The position numbers were made by a program, and so were the translations under genes. Shown here one piece after another: positions 45,998 through 55,734 of a DNA stretch of 64,000 nucleotides (position 1 is the stretch's first letter; the number at the start of each line of letters is the position of its first letter). The notes below the pieces were generated by a model. It was not told where the DNA came from. It saw only the letters and a list, made by a program, of their open reading frames with translations, and did not search any database. Source of the stretch: Pedosphaera sp. (lineage in GTDB: Bacteria; Verrucomicrobiota; Verrucomicrobiia; Limisphaerales; UBA1100); assembly GCA_009695465.1 (NCBI GenBank), contig SIAW01000001.1, positions 7,092-71,091 of the forward strand, written 5' to 3'.

Positions 45998-48541
45998 TCA
46001 ACCGAAGAGATCCAGTTGCGGTGGTGGTGGCAGTGTTTGCAGTTTGCGCCGTTCGGCACGCGCGGTGCGAGCAGGCCCGGCACCACCGGCAGGCGTGAGT
46101 GCGGTCTCCTCCAAGTTCCCCAAAATTTCCCGGGCGCGCTCCAGCACCGGCGCAGGGACGCCCGCCAGCCGCGCGACTTGGATGCCGTAACTCTGATCGG
46201 CAGCGCCATCGGCGATGGTGCGCAGGAACACGATCTGGTCGTTCCACTCGCGCACCACGGCATTGAGGTTAAACACCCGAGGCAGGCGCGTGGCCAGTTC
46301 TGAAAGCTCGTGGTAGTGGGTGGCAAACAACGTGCGCGCGCCCACCTGATTGTGCAGATGCTCCACGATGGCCCACGCCAAACTCAGGCCGTCGAAGGTG
46401 CTGGTGCCCCGGCCGATCTCGTCGAGGATCACCAAGCTGCGGCGCGTGGCGTGGTGCAGCAGGTTGGCCGTCTCGCTCATCTCCACCATGAAAGTGGACT
46501 GCCCGCGCGCGAGATCGTCACTGGCGCCGATGCGCGTGAAGATGCGGTCGGTCAAATCAATCCGCGCCGAGGCGGCCGGCACGAACGATCCGGTGTGCGC
46601 GAGCAACACGAGCAACGCCACCTGCCGGATGTACGTGCTTTTGCCGGCCATGTTGGGACCGGTGATGAGGGCGATCTGGCGCGTGTCGCCGTCGAGCAGC
46701 GCGTCGTTGGGCACGAAGCGTTCGGTGCGCAACGCCTGTTCCAACACCGGATGGCGACCACCTTTGATGTCGAGCCGGCCTTCATCGCGCACATCGGGGC
46801 GGCAGTACCGGCCCGCGCGCGCCGTCTCCGAGAAGGAGCAGAGGACATCCACCGCCGCCAGCGCCGACGCGGTGCGCTGGATGGCCGCCAAGTTTGACAC
46901 CACACCTTCGCGCAGGCGCAGAAAGAGATCGTACTCCAACTTCACGCAGCGTTCCTCGGCGCCCAGCACTTTGCCTTCCATCTCCTTGAGTTCGGCGGTG
47001 GTGTAGCGTTCGCCGTTGGAGACCGTCTGCTTGCGGTGATAATCCTGCGGCACCTTGTCGAGGTGCGATTTGGTGATCTCGATGTAGTAACCAAAGACGT
47101 TGTTGAAGCGCACCTTCAACGAGGGGATCCCCGTGCGCTCACTTTCGCGCTGTTGCAACTGTACGATCCACGCCTTGCCATCGCGTGCGCCGGTGCGCAG
47201 CTCATCCAGTTGCGCATCGAACCCGTCGCGGATCAGTCCGCCTTCTTTCACCGGGATGGGCGGTTCCTCCACGATGCCGCGCTGCAACAGATCCACCAAC
47301 TCCGGCAACGGAACCAATTCCGATTCGAGCTGTGAAAGCAGATTGCCGGAGCGGCCGGAAGGTTCTTCGGACAGCACCCCGTCGTGTGCAGCCTCGGCGA
47401 GCAATTCCTTCAGCGCCGGCAGACAAGCGAGCGCTAGTTGCAATTGCCGCAAGTCGCGTGCATTGCCGCCGCCAGCGCAGAGGCGCGAGGCAGTGCGCTC
47501 CACGTCGCGCACCTGCCGCAGTTGGCCGCGAAGGGACGCGTGCAGGCTGGGGTTGTCGAGCAGCGCCTGCACAGCGCGTTGCCGCCGGGCGATGTTGCGC
47601 GTGTTGGCCAGCGGCCGCGCCAACCATTCGCGCAGCAATCGTGCGCCCATCGGCGTGGAGGTTTGGTTGAGAATGCCAAAGAGCGAAGTCTCGCGCGGCG
47701 CCGTGTGTTGCAGCGGCTCCAGGATTTCCAGATGGCGCAGCGCGGCGGCGTCCAGTTGCAGGAAACTGTCCTGAGTGTAGAACTGCAACCGGCGCAGATG
47801 CGACACGTTGCGCCGCAGATGCTGGTTCAGGTAATGCAGCGCCGCGCCCGCCGCACCGATGGCGGCGGGACGATCTTTCAGACCAAAGCCATCGAGTGTC
47901 TGCACTCCAAAATGTGCGCACAACGTGTGCGTCGCGGTCTCGGGCGCGAACACCCAGTCCTCGAAGTCACTCCACACGCCCGCGCCTTGTTGGAAAGACT
48001 GCCGCAGACTCACTGCCTTGACGGGGTGAATGACTTCCGCCGGGCACAATCGCTCCAACTCCGTGCGCAGCGCGTCGACGTCGGCCAGTTCGGTGGTTTT
48101 GAATTCGCCGGTGGTGAGATCCACTACCGCCACGCCGATGGCGCGCGCGCTGGGACAGATCGCTGCCAGATAATTGTTGCGCTCAGCGGGCAGAATCTTT
48201 TCATCCAGATGCGTGCCGGGACTGAGGATCTGCGTGACCTCGCGCTCCACCAATTTTCCCGGGCGCGGCTCGCTGATCTGTTCGCAGAGAGCGACTTTGC
48301 GCCCGGCCTGCAGCAGTTTTCCGATATACGCTTCGGCGGCATGATGCGGGATGCCGCACATGGGCTGACCGGCGCGATGCGTCAACGCGATGTCCAACAA
48401 CGGAGCGCCAACCTTGGCGTCGTCAAAAAACATTTCGTAGAAATCGCCCAGCCGGAAGAGCAGCAACGCGTCGGGAGGCAGCCCGCTTTTAATGCGCTGG
48501 TACTGTGCCATCATGGGCGTGAGCGGCGCGTCGGCGGACAT
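45998..48541 (-). CDS. mutS: DNA mismatch repair protein MutS
   Basis: 'TPMMAQY..IK' N-terminus, 'GPNMAGKST' Walker A, 'DEIGRGTST', 'THYHEL'. ATG at 48541 verified. Confidence 0.95.
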   Translation of the reverse strand: MSADAPLTPMMAQYQRIKSGLPPDALLLFRLGDFYEMFFDDAKVGAPLLDIALTHRAGQPMCGIPHHAAEAYIGKLLQAGRKVALCEQISEPRPGKLVEREVTQILSPGTHLDEKILPAERNNYLAAICPSARAIGVAVVDLTTGEFKTTELADVDALRTELERLCPAEVIHPVKAVSLRQSFQQGAGVWSDFEDWVFAPETATHTLCAHFGVQTLDGFGLKDRPAAIGAAGAALHYLNQHLRRNVSHLRRLQFYTQDSFLQLDAAALRHLEILEPLQHTAPRETSLFGILNQTSTPMGARLLREWLARPLANTRNIARRQRAVQALLDNPSLHASLRGQLRQVRDVERTASRLCAGGGNARDLRQLQLALACLPALKELLAEAAHDGVLSEEPSGRSGNLLSQLESELVPLPELVDLLQRGIVEEPPIPVKEGGLIRDGFDAQLDELRTGARDGKAWIVQLQQRESERTGIPSLKVRFNNVFGYYIEITKSHLDKVPQDYHRKQTVSNGERYTTAELKEMEGKVLGAEERCVKLEYDLFLRLREGVVSNLAAIQRTASALAAVDVLCSFSETARAGRYCRPDVRDEGRLDIKGGRHPVLEQALRTERFVPNDALLDGDTRQIALITGPNMAGKSTYIRQVALLVLLAHTGSFVPAASARIDLTDRIFTRIGASDDLARGQSTFMVEMSETANLLHHATRRSLVILDEIGRGTSTFDGLSLAWAIVEHLHNQVGARTLFATHYHELSELATRLPRVFNLNAVVREWNDQIVFLRTIADGAADQSYGIQVARLAGVPAPVLERAREILGNLEETALTPAGGAGPARTARAERRKLQTLPPPPQLDLFG

Positions 48542-48714
48542 CGTGGGTGACGCTAATGCGGTTTGTCGGAACGGTCGAAATGAAAAGCGCGGTGGAAAAC
48601 TTTTTTGCTCGGCGATGAAGAAAAGCCTATGCACGCACTGGGTTGTCGAGTAGAAACTCCCTAGCGCTATTCAGAGCGCGTCAGCTTGTAAATTGGAAGG
48701 GGGTGAATTCTACC

Positions 48715-48780
48715 ATGTCCACAAAGAAGAAAGCGGCTCCTAAAGCAGCTCCTAAGAAGAAGGCAGCTAAGAAGCACTAG
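48715..48780 (+). CDS. Candidate 21-aa, highly basic micro-protein (MSTKKKAAPKAAPKKKAAKKH)
   Basis: The ATG is preceded by the purine-rich 'GGAAGGGGGTG' ending 8 nt upstream. A perfect terminator hairpin follows. It lies in a locally AT-richer stretch, and its A/T-ending codons are atypical for the window. Confidence 0.45.
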   Translation: MSTKKKAAPKAAPKKKAAKKH

Positions 48781-48805
48781 ATTGCTTCATAGCCCGATTT
48801 AAATC

Positions 48806-48845
48806 AGATGGCAGGATTTATCCCCTGCCATCTTTTTTCTTTTCA
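48806..48845 (+). terminator. Rho-independent terminator
   Basis: Perfect 10-bp stem AGATGGCAGG (48806-48815) / CCTGCCATCT (48824-48833), 8-nt loop, then the T-rich run TTTTTCTTTTC. Confidence 0.8.
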
Positions 48846-48873
48846 CCCCGCGAGCATCTGACACGTTGAGCGC

Positions 48874-49587
48874 ATGGCCTGTTTGGTTTTTGACATCGAG
48901 ACTTCCGCGTTGCCCGCGAGCCAGTTTGATGAGGCGCAGTTGGAGTACCTCTTTCGCCCCGCAGAAAAGCTGGCCGACGCGGATGCCAAAGTTGCGCGCC
49001 GCGCCGAGATCCAGCGGCAGTTCAGTCTCTGGCCGTTCACGGCGCAGGTGTTGTGCATCGCGATGCTCAATGCCGACACCGCGCGCGGGCAGGTGCTGTA
49101 TGTCGCCGAGGATTTTGAGGAGCACCCCGAAGGCCCCGTGCAGTTTGTGCCGTGCATGGATGAGGCGGAGATGCTCACCAGCTTTTGGGAAATCGCCAAA
49201 CGCTACGACAAGATTGTCACCTTCAACGGGCGCGGCTTCGATGTGCCGTTCCTGTACCTGCGCTCGGCGCTGCTCAACATTCCCGTCACGCGCAAGGATT
49301 GGTTGGGCTATCGTTACCAGACCGAGCCGCACTGTGATCTGGCCGATCAACTCACATTTTACGGCGTGAGCGGTCACGAAGGAGCGTCGCGCCGTTTCAA
49401 TCTGGATTTTTACTGCAAGGCTTTTGGCATTGAATCGCCCAAAGGCCACGGCGTGACGGGCGCGGATATGAACGAGCTTGTGGCCGCCGGGCGGTTCCGT
49501 GAAATTGCCGAGTACTGCGTGCGCGATGTGTGCGCAACGGTGCTGCTGTACAAAATCTGGCGCGAACGCTTGGCCGGCCTCAAGTAG
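48874..49587 (+). CDS. DEDDy-type 3'-5' exonuclease, RNase H-like fold (PolB-exonuclease-domain-like, stand-alone)
   Basis: ExoI 'FDIETS', ExoII 'FNGRGFDVPFL' and ExoIII 'YCVRDV' motifs in the canonical order. Confidence 0.75.
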   Translation: MACLVFDIETSALPASQFDEAQLEYLFRPAEKLADADAKVARRAEIQRQFSLWPFTAQVLCIAMLNADTARGQVLYVAEDFEEHPEGPVQFVPCMDEAEMLTSFWEIAKRYDKIVTFNGRGFDVPFLYLRSALLNIPVTRKDWLGYRYQTEPHCDLADQLTFYGVSGHEGASRRFNLDFYCKAFGIESPKGHGVTGADMNELVAAGRFREIAEYCVRDVCATVLLYKIWRERLAGLK

Positions 49588-49723
49588 CAAGCTGCCGGGC
49601 AGTTGCTCCTTGCGACACTCGGCGTTCCGTGGTACCCGTGAATGCACACCGGATGTTTTACTCGTGGTGACCTGCGCCAATCCGATTGCGGCAATGATGT
49701 GACAACCCGGCAACATCGCTGAC

Positions 49724-50686
49724 ATGTCCAACCGCCATTCCACTCTCACCAGCGCAGCAGCCAGCCAGCCGGGCGTGCTGGGCTTTGTGTCGCGCCTGCA
49801 GCCGATGCCGCACGAGATTGTGTTTGGCGTGTTCCTTTCCGTGTGCTGGCTGAGGCTGGTCTTCGTGTCGGGCGTGCTGCATCCGATGAGCCTCTTGTAC
49901 CTCGGCATGATGATGGTGGGATTGGGTGTGATGCTGTGGGAACGCCGCCAGCCCACGCCGCTGCGCGCACGACTGCGCGTCCTTTTTTGCGCGGGGATCT
50001 CCGCGATCTCCTACATGTCGGTGAAGACCGCGATCCCGGCGATGAACGCCCGCGGTTTTCAGCCGAAGGACGGCCTGCTCGAATCACTGGATCGCGCTCT
50101 CATTGGCGACGCAGTGGCGTGGTTGCAACAGGCCGGCACTCCGCTGCTCACCGAGGTCATGATGGCGTGCTACCTCTTCTTCTTTTATTACCTCATCGTC
50201 GGCCCCGGCTATTATTACTTCACCGACCACCACCGGTTCATAGCTGGCGGCGTCGGCTTTTTCACCGTGTACGGGCTGGGTTACATCGGCTACATGCTGG
50301 TGCCTGCGGCCGGCCCATGCGAGGCGATGGGACTGCGCACCGCCGGGATCATCAGCGAGATCGGCGGCGGCTTCGTGGGCAATCACACCAACGGCTTTGA
50401 CGCCTTCCCCAGCATCCATTTTGCCGCGACGTTCTTTTTGCTGGGCTTCGATTGGTGTCATCATCGCCGCCGTTTCTGGCAACTGCTCTTGCCCGTGTTG
50501 GGCCTGTGGGTTTCCACAATCTATCTGCGCTACCATTACTTGGTGGACTTGATTGCCGGACTGGTAGTCGCGCTGTTCGCGTTGTGGATTGCCGATCGCT
50601 TCGCTCGCGCCAGCCAATCCGAAGCGGCGGACAATGCGTCGCTGGAAGCCGAGCAAGCGCACGTTCCCGCCGGCACCGCCCGTTGA
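49724..50686 (+). CDS. PAP2-superfamily integral membrane protein (lipid phosphatase/phosphotransferase-like)
   Basis: Six TM helices. 'FPSIHFA' and 'RYHYLVDLIAG' resemble PAP2 C2/C3 motifs. Confidence 0.72.
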   Translation: MSNRHSTLTSAAASQPGVLGFVSRLQPMPHEIVFGVFLSVCWLRLVFVSGVLHPMSLLYLGMMMVGLGVMLWERRQPTPLRARLRVLFCAGISAISYMSVKTAIPAMNARGFQPKDGLLESLDRALIGDAVAWLQQAGTPLLTEVMMACYLFFFYYLIVGPGYYYFTDHHRFIAGGVGFFTVYGLGYIGYMLVPAAGPCEAMGLRTAGIISEIGGGFVGNHTNGFDAFPSIHFAATFFLLGFDWCHHRRRFWQLLLPVLGLWVSTIYLRYHYLVDLIAGLVVALFALWIADRFARASQSEAADNASLEAEQAHVPAGTAR

Positions 50687-50738
50687 TGCCGTCGCGCCCC
50701 GTGTTGCATGCGGGCTGGTTCCGCATTACAACCTCGCC

Positions 50739-51839
50739 ATGATCATCGGCATTCCGCGGGAGATTAAAACCGACGAACACCGCGTGGGGCTGCTGCCTTC
50801 CGGCGCGTATCAATTGCGCCAGCGCGGCCACGAAGTATTGGTGCAGCACGGCGCGGGCGCGGGCGCAGGTTTTCCGGATGCGGACTACGCGACAGCCGGC
50901 GCGACGTTGGTGGACAATGCCGCTGCGATATTCGCGCGCGCCGATCTCATCGTGAAAGTGAAGGAGCCGCAGCCCGCCGAATATCCGCTGCTGCGCCCCG
51001 CGCAAATCCTTTTCACCTATCTGCACCTGGCGCCCAATCGCGCGTTGACCGACGCGTTAATCACCTCCGGCGTCACCGCCATCGCCTACGAGACCATCAG
51101 CGAGAACGGCCGCCTGCCGTTGCTGGAGCCGATGAGCGAGATTGCCGGGCGCATGTCCGTCATTGTCGGCGGCCATTATCTGGCCAAACACAATGGCGGC
51201 AGCGGCACGTTGCTGGGCGGTGTGCCCGGCGTGTTGCCGGGGCGCGTCGTGGTGTTGGGCGGCGGCGTGGCCGGCATCAACGCCGCGCGCATGGCCACCG
51301 GGTTGGGTGCCGATGTCACCATTCTGGAAGTGGATGTCGAGCGCATGCGTTTTCTGGACATCACCCTGCACACCGCGCACACACTTTATTCCAGCCCCGC
51401 GCATCTGCTGGAGCTGTTGCCCAATGTGGATCTGCTCATCGGCGCGGTGTTGGTGCCCGGCGCCAAGGCGCCCAAACTCATCTCGCGCCAAATGCTGCGC
51501 CGCATGCGGCCGGGCAGTGTGTTGGTGGACATCGCCATTGATCAAGGCGGCTGCGCGGAGACGGCGCGCCCCACCACCCACCGCGATCCGGTGTATGAAG
51601 AGGAAGGCGTCGTGCATTATTGCGTGGCCAACATGCCCGGCGCTTACGCGCGCACCGCCACGCAGGCGCTGGTGAACGTGACGCATCCCTTTGTGGAGTT
51701 GATCGCCGATCGCGGACTGGCCGGTGCCTGCGCCGCGCGCGCCTCATTGCGCGGGGGCATCAACGTCCACGCCGGCAAGATTGCTTGTCCTGCGGTGGCC
51801 GCCGCGCATGGGTTGGACTGCGCGGCGTTCACTGGGTGA
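50739..51839 (+). CDS. ald: Alanine dehydrogenase
   Basis: '[18 protein letters not shown]', '[12 protein letters not shown]', 'DIAIDQGG'. ATG at 50739, inside track ORF 50589..51839. Confidence 0.93.
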   Translation: MIIGIPREIKTDEHRVGLLPSGAYQLRQRGHEVLVQHGAGAGAGFPDADYATAGATLVDNAAAIFARADLIVKVKEPQPAEYPLLRPAQILFTYLHLAPNRALTDALITSGVTAIAYETISENGRLPLLEPMSEIAGRMSVIVGGHYLAKHNGGSGTLLGGVPGVLPGRVVVLGGGVAGINAARMATGLGADVTILEVDVERMRFLDITLHTAHTLYSSPAHLLELLPNVDLLIGAVLVPGAKAPKLISRQMLRRMRPGSVLVDIAIDQGGCAETARPTTHRDPVYEEEGVVHYCVANMPGAYARTATQALVNVTHPFVELIADRGLAGACAARASLRGGINVHAGKIACPAVAAAHGLDCAAFTG

Positions 51840-51938
51840 TGGGAGCAACGCTAGTTTGGGGATTGAACCCTCGCCTTGTTTTGCCTAATTTCACCGCACG
51901 ATGCTGTGCGCCGCCACTGGGTGCGCCAGCGACTGCAC

Positions 51939-53111
51939 ATGATCTCATCCCCCTCCAAATTATTTCGCGCTACGCCCGCCGCGTGCTGCCTGTTGCTGGG
52001 CGTGTCCGCACTGCTGCTTTCCTGCAAGCCCGCGCCGGGCGGTGCTGCGGGCGACATCATCAAGATCGGCGAGTACGCCTCGCTCACGGGCAAGGAAGCC
52101 ACCTTCGGCATCTCCTCGCATGAAGGCACGCTGCTGGCCATCGAGGAGGCCAATGCTGCGGGCGGTGTGCTCGGCAAAAAACTGGAGCTGCTCACCGAGG
52201 ACACGCAGTCCAAACCCGGCGAGCCAGCCACCGTGACGACCAAGCTCATCGCGCGCGAAAATGTCGTGGCGGTGCTGGGCGAAGTGGCCAGCAGCCGTTC
52301 GCTGGAAGCCGCGCCCATCTGTCAGCAGAACAAAATCCCGATGGTCTCGCCCGCCTCCACCAACCCGAAGGTCACGCAGGCTGGCGACTACATCTTCCGC
52401 GTCTGCTTCATTGATCCCTTTCAAGGCACGGTGATGGCCGACTTCGCCAGCCGCACACTCAAGATCAAAAAAGTGGCCGTGTTCACCGATGTGAAGAGTG
52501 ATTACAGCAAGGGACTGGCGAAATATTTCAAGGAACGCTTTCTCGCCAGCGGCGGCACCATTGTCGCCGAGCTGGACTACAACGGCGGCGACAAGGATTT
52601 CAAGGCGCAGCTCACCACCATCAAAGGCGCCGAGCCGGATGGAATTTTCGTGCCGGGCTATTACACCGACGCCGCGTTGATCTGCATCCAAGCCAAGCAA
52701 CTGGGGCTGACCGTCCCGCTCTTTGGCGGCGACGGTTGGGAATCGGAGAAGCTCACCGAGATCGGCAAGGACGCGGTGGAGGGCCATTACTTTTCCACGC
52801 ACTATCATCCCGATGTGGGCACCGACATCAGCCGCCGTTTTGTCGCGAGCTACAAGAAGCGGTTCAACGGCAAGATGCCCGACGCGCTGGCCGCCTGCGG
52901 TTATGATTCCGCGCTGGTGTTGCTCGACGCCATCAAACGCGCCGGCTCCACCGACGGCGCGAAGATCCGCGACGCCCTCGCCGCCACGAAGGACATGGAG
53001 GCGGTCACAGGCCGCATCACCATCAACGCGCAGCGCGACGCCATCAAGTCCGCCGTCATCCTGCAGGTCAAGGATGGGAAGTTCAAATTCCTGGAGACCG
53101 TCCAGCCCTGA
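51939..53111 (+). CDS. Branched-chain amino acid ABC transporter substrate-binding lipoprotein (LivK/LivJ type)
   Basis: Lipobox 'LLLSC'. 'IKIGEYASLTGKEATFG', 'VAVLGEVASS' and a type-I periplasmic binding fold pattern. Confidence 0.9.
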   Translation: MISSPSKLFRATPAACCLLLGVSALLLSCKPAPGGAAGDIIKIGEYASLTGKEATFGISSHEGTLLAIEEANAAGGVLGKKLELLTEDTQSKPGEPATVTTKLIARENVVAVLGEVASSRSLEAAPICQQNKIPMVSPASTNPKVTQAGDYIFRVCFIDPFQGTVMADFASRTLKIKKVAVFTDVKSDYSKGLAKYFKERFLASGGTIVAELDYNGGDKDFKAQLTTIKGAEPDGIFVPGYYTDAALICIQAKQLGLTVPLFGGDGWESEKLTEIGKDAVEGHYFSTHYHPDVGTDISRRFVASYKKRFNGKMPDALAACGYDSALVLLDAIKRAGSTDGAKIRDALAATKDMEAVTGRITINAQRDAIKSAVILQVKDGKFKFLETVQP

Positions 53112-53114
53112 GGC

Positions 53115-54026
53115 ATGACCGAGTTCGCGCAGCAGCTTCTCAACGGCTTGGCGCTCGGCTCCATCTACGCTCTCATCGCGCTGGGGTACACGATGGTGTA
53201 CGGCGTGTTGCGCTTTATTAATTTCGCGCACAGCGACGTGCTGATGCTCGGCGCGTTCGCCGCATTTTATCTGGCAGCGATCGCGCAGCCCTTGATGGCA
53301 GTCGCGCCATTGGCCGGGGCCGTGCTCATCGTCATTTGCGCCGCGCTGATCTGCGCGGTCATCGGCGTGCTCATTGAACGGCTGGCCTACCGCCCGTTGC
53401 GCGACCGGCCCAAGCTCACCGTGCTCATCACCGCCATCGGCGTCTCGTTGTTCATCGAATACACCTGCCAACACAAAGCCGTGTTCGGCGCCGCGACACG
53501 CGCCTTCCCGCAACTCCTCCCGCAGCACGACCTCCACCTCGGCGGACTGGCCATCAACAGCAACGACCTCGTCATACTGGCGCTCACCGGCCTCTTGCTG
53601 CTGGGGCTGTGGTTCGTGGTGCAGAAAACAAAGATGGGCACGGCGATGCGCGCCGTGGCTTTTAACCAACAGGCGGCGGCGTTGATGGGCGTGAATGTCG
53701 GGCGCGTGATCAGCTTCACCTTCGCGCTCGGCTCGGCACTGGCGGCCGTGGCGGGCATCGCCTACGCACTGCGCGCGCCGGGCATTGAACCGCTCATGGG
53801 CGTGCAGCCGGGGATCAAGGCGTTCATCGCTGCGGTGCTCGGCGGCATCGGCAATCTGCCCGGTGCCGTGCTCGGCGGATTGCTCCTCGGGCTGATCGAG
53901 ACATTTGCCGGTGGACTCAAACACCTCTCCAATTACCGCGACGGCATCGCCTTCGCCCTGCTCATCCTCATCCTGATTGTCCGCCCCGCTGGCCTGCTCG
54001 GTCGCGAGCAGCCCGAGAAAGTATGA
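53115..54026 (+). CDS. livH: Branched-chain amino acid ABC transporter permease
   Basis: 'LNGLALGSIYALIALGYTMVYG' N-terminus and 'NFAHSD'. Typical LivH. Confidence 0.92.
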   Translation: MTEFAQQLLNGLALGSIYALIALGYTMVYGVLRFINFAHSDVLMLGAFAAFYLAAIAQPLMAVAPLAGAVLIVICAALICAVIGVLIERLAYRPLRDRPKLTVLITAIGVSLFIEYTCQHKAVFGAATRAFPQLLPQHDLHLGGLAINSNDLVILALTGLLLLGLWFVVQKTKMGTAMRAVAFNQQAAALMGVNVGRVISFTFALGSALAAVAGIAYALRAPGIEPLMGVQPGIKAFIAAVLGGIGNLPGAVLGGLLLGLIETFAGGLKHLSNYRDGIAFALLILILIVRPAGLLGREQPEKV

Positions 54027-54958
54027 ACAGCACCGGCGCCAAACGCTGGCTGCTGGTCGCGCTGGCCGCAGCGGTGGCGCTGCATTTGTGCGCGGTGCAT
54101 TTTGGATTTAATCGTTACTACCTCGGCGTGGCGGTGGATGTCGGCATCAGCATCATCCTCGCCGTCAGCTTGAATCTCATCAACGGTCACACGGGCCAGT
54201 TCAGCCTCGGCCACGCGGGCTTCATGGCCGTGGGCGGTTACACGGCCGCCAAGCTCACGCTGGTGTTTGGCACCGGCTGCCCGACGTGGGCGCAACCGCT
54301 GCTCTTCATCGGCGCACTCACTGCGGGCGGCGCGCTGGCCGCGCTGACGGGACTGGCCGTCGGTCTGCCCACGCTGCGGTTGCGCGGGGATTATCTAGCC
54401 ATCGTCACGCTAGGCTTTGGCGAGATCATCCGTGTCATCTTTCAGAACAGCGAATTCTTCGGCGCGGCCACCGGGCTGACGGGCATCGCCAACTGGACGC
54501 AGCTCGCGTGGGCGTTTGGCATCGCGGCCGTGTCGGTGTACGCCGTCGCGGCACTCGTCAATTCCACTTACGGCCGCGGCTTCATTGCCGTACACGATGA
54601 CGAGGTGGCCGCCGCCGCTTCGGGGATCAACCCGGTGCGGTACAAGGTGACGGCGTTTGTGGTGGGCGCATTTTTTGCCGGCGTGGCGGGCGGGCTGTAC
54701 GCGCATCACAAGCAGGTGCTCAATCCCGCCGGCTTTGATTTTCTCAAGAGCATCGACATCGTGGTGATGGTGATCTTGGGCGGGATGGGCCGCACGGCGG
54801 GCGTGGTCGCTGCGGCAGTCGTGCTGACGGTGCTGCCGGAATTGCTGCGCGGCATCGCGGAGTACCGCATGATTCTCTACGCCCTGCTCATCATCGTGCT
54901 GATGATGGTTCGTCCGCAGGGACTGTTTGCCGGCAAAGGGGCCGCCGCCAAGTCATGA
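54023..54958 (+). CDS. livM: Branched-chain amino acid ABC transporter permease
   Basis: 'SLNLINGHTGQFSLGHAGFMAVGGY' LivM signature. ATGA overlap with livH. Confidence 0.92.
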   Translation: MNSTGAKRWLLVALAAAVALHLCAVHFGFNRYYLGVAVDVGISIILAVSLNLINGHTGQFSLGHAGFMAVGGYTAAKLTLVFGTGCPTWAQPLLFIGALTAGGALAALTGLAVGLPTLRLRGDYLAIVTLGFGEIIRVIFQNSEFFGAATGLTGIANWTQLAWAFGIAAVSVYAVAALVNSTYGRGFIAVHDDEVAAAASGINPVRYKVTAFVVGAFFAGVAGGLYAHHKQVLNPAGFDFLKSIDIVVMVILGGMGRTAGVVAAAVVLTVLPELLRGIAEYRMILYALLIIVLMMVRPQGLFAGKGAAAKS

Positions 54959-55734
54959 GCGCCCCCTTGCTCCAGTTGAATCGCGTGAGCATCCGCTTCG
55001 GCGGACTGCTGGCCGTTGCGGAATTGGATTTGCGCGTGGGCGAACGCGAGCTGCTGGGACTGATCGGCCCCAATGGCGCGGGAAAGACGACCGCCTTCAA
55101 TCTGGTCACGGGTGTTTATCAGGCGACGGAGGGCACCATCCGTTTTGCCGGCCAGCCCACCGCCGGACTCAAGGTGCATGAACTGACGCGGCTGGGCATC
55201 GCGCGCACATTCCAGAACATCCGCCTCTTCGGCAGCCTGAGTGTGCTGGACAATGTGCGCGCCGCGTTGCAGTCGCATCAGCGCGGCGGCTTCTGGCAGG
55301 CGCTGTGGCGCGGCCGTGCTTTTCATGCCGGTGAGCGCGCGGTGGAGGCGGAGGCGATGGAGTTGCTCGGCATCTTCAAGCTCGATCGGCATCGCGATGC
55401 GCCCGCCAAGAGTTTGCCTTACGGCGATCAGCGGCGTCTGGAAATTGTCCGTGCGCTGGCAACGAAACCCAAGTTGCTGTTGCTCGACGAACCCGCTGCG
55501 GGAATGAACCCGACGGAGAAGGTGGAGCTGGCGGCGCTGATCCGTTTCGTGCGCGACAAATTCCAGATCTCCATTCTGCTTGTCGAACATGACATGCGCG
55601 TCGTGATGGAATTGTGCGAGCGCATCGTGGTGCTCGATTACGGAATCAAGATCGCCGAGGGCACGCCTGCCGAGGTGCGCGCGCATCCGAAGGTCATCGA
55701 GGCTTATCTGGGCGAGGCCCCTGCGCATGCTTGA
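54955..55734 (+). CDS. livG: Branched-chain amino acid ABC transporter ATP-binding protein
   Basis: Walker A 'GPNGAGKTT', signature 'LPYGDQRRLE', Walker B 'LLLLDEPAAG'. Confidence 0.93.
   Translation: MSAPLLQLNRVSIRFGGLLAVAELDLRVGERELLGLIGPNGAGKTTAFNLVTGVYQATEGTIRFAGQPTAGLKVHELTRLGIARTFQNIRLFGSLSVLDNVRAALQSHQRGGFWQALWRGRAFHAGERAVEAEAMELLGIFKLDRHRDAPAKSLPYGDQRRLEIVRALATKPKLLLLDEPAAGMNPTEKVELAALIRFVRDKFQISILLVEHDMRVVMELCERIVVLDYGIKIAEGTPAEVRAHPKVIEAYLGEAPAHA

Noticed and set aside
51960-53924. 654-aa minus-strand ORF antisense to the liv substrate-binding and livH genes
   Set aside because: The plus-strand products have unmistakable Liv transporter signatures and the antisense product has none.
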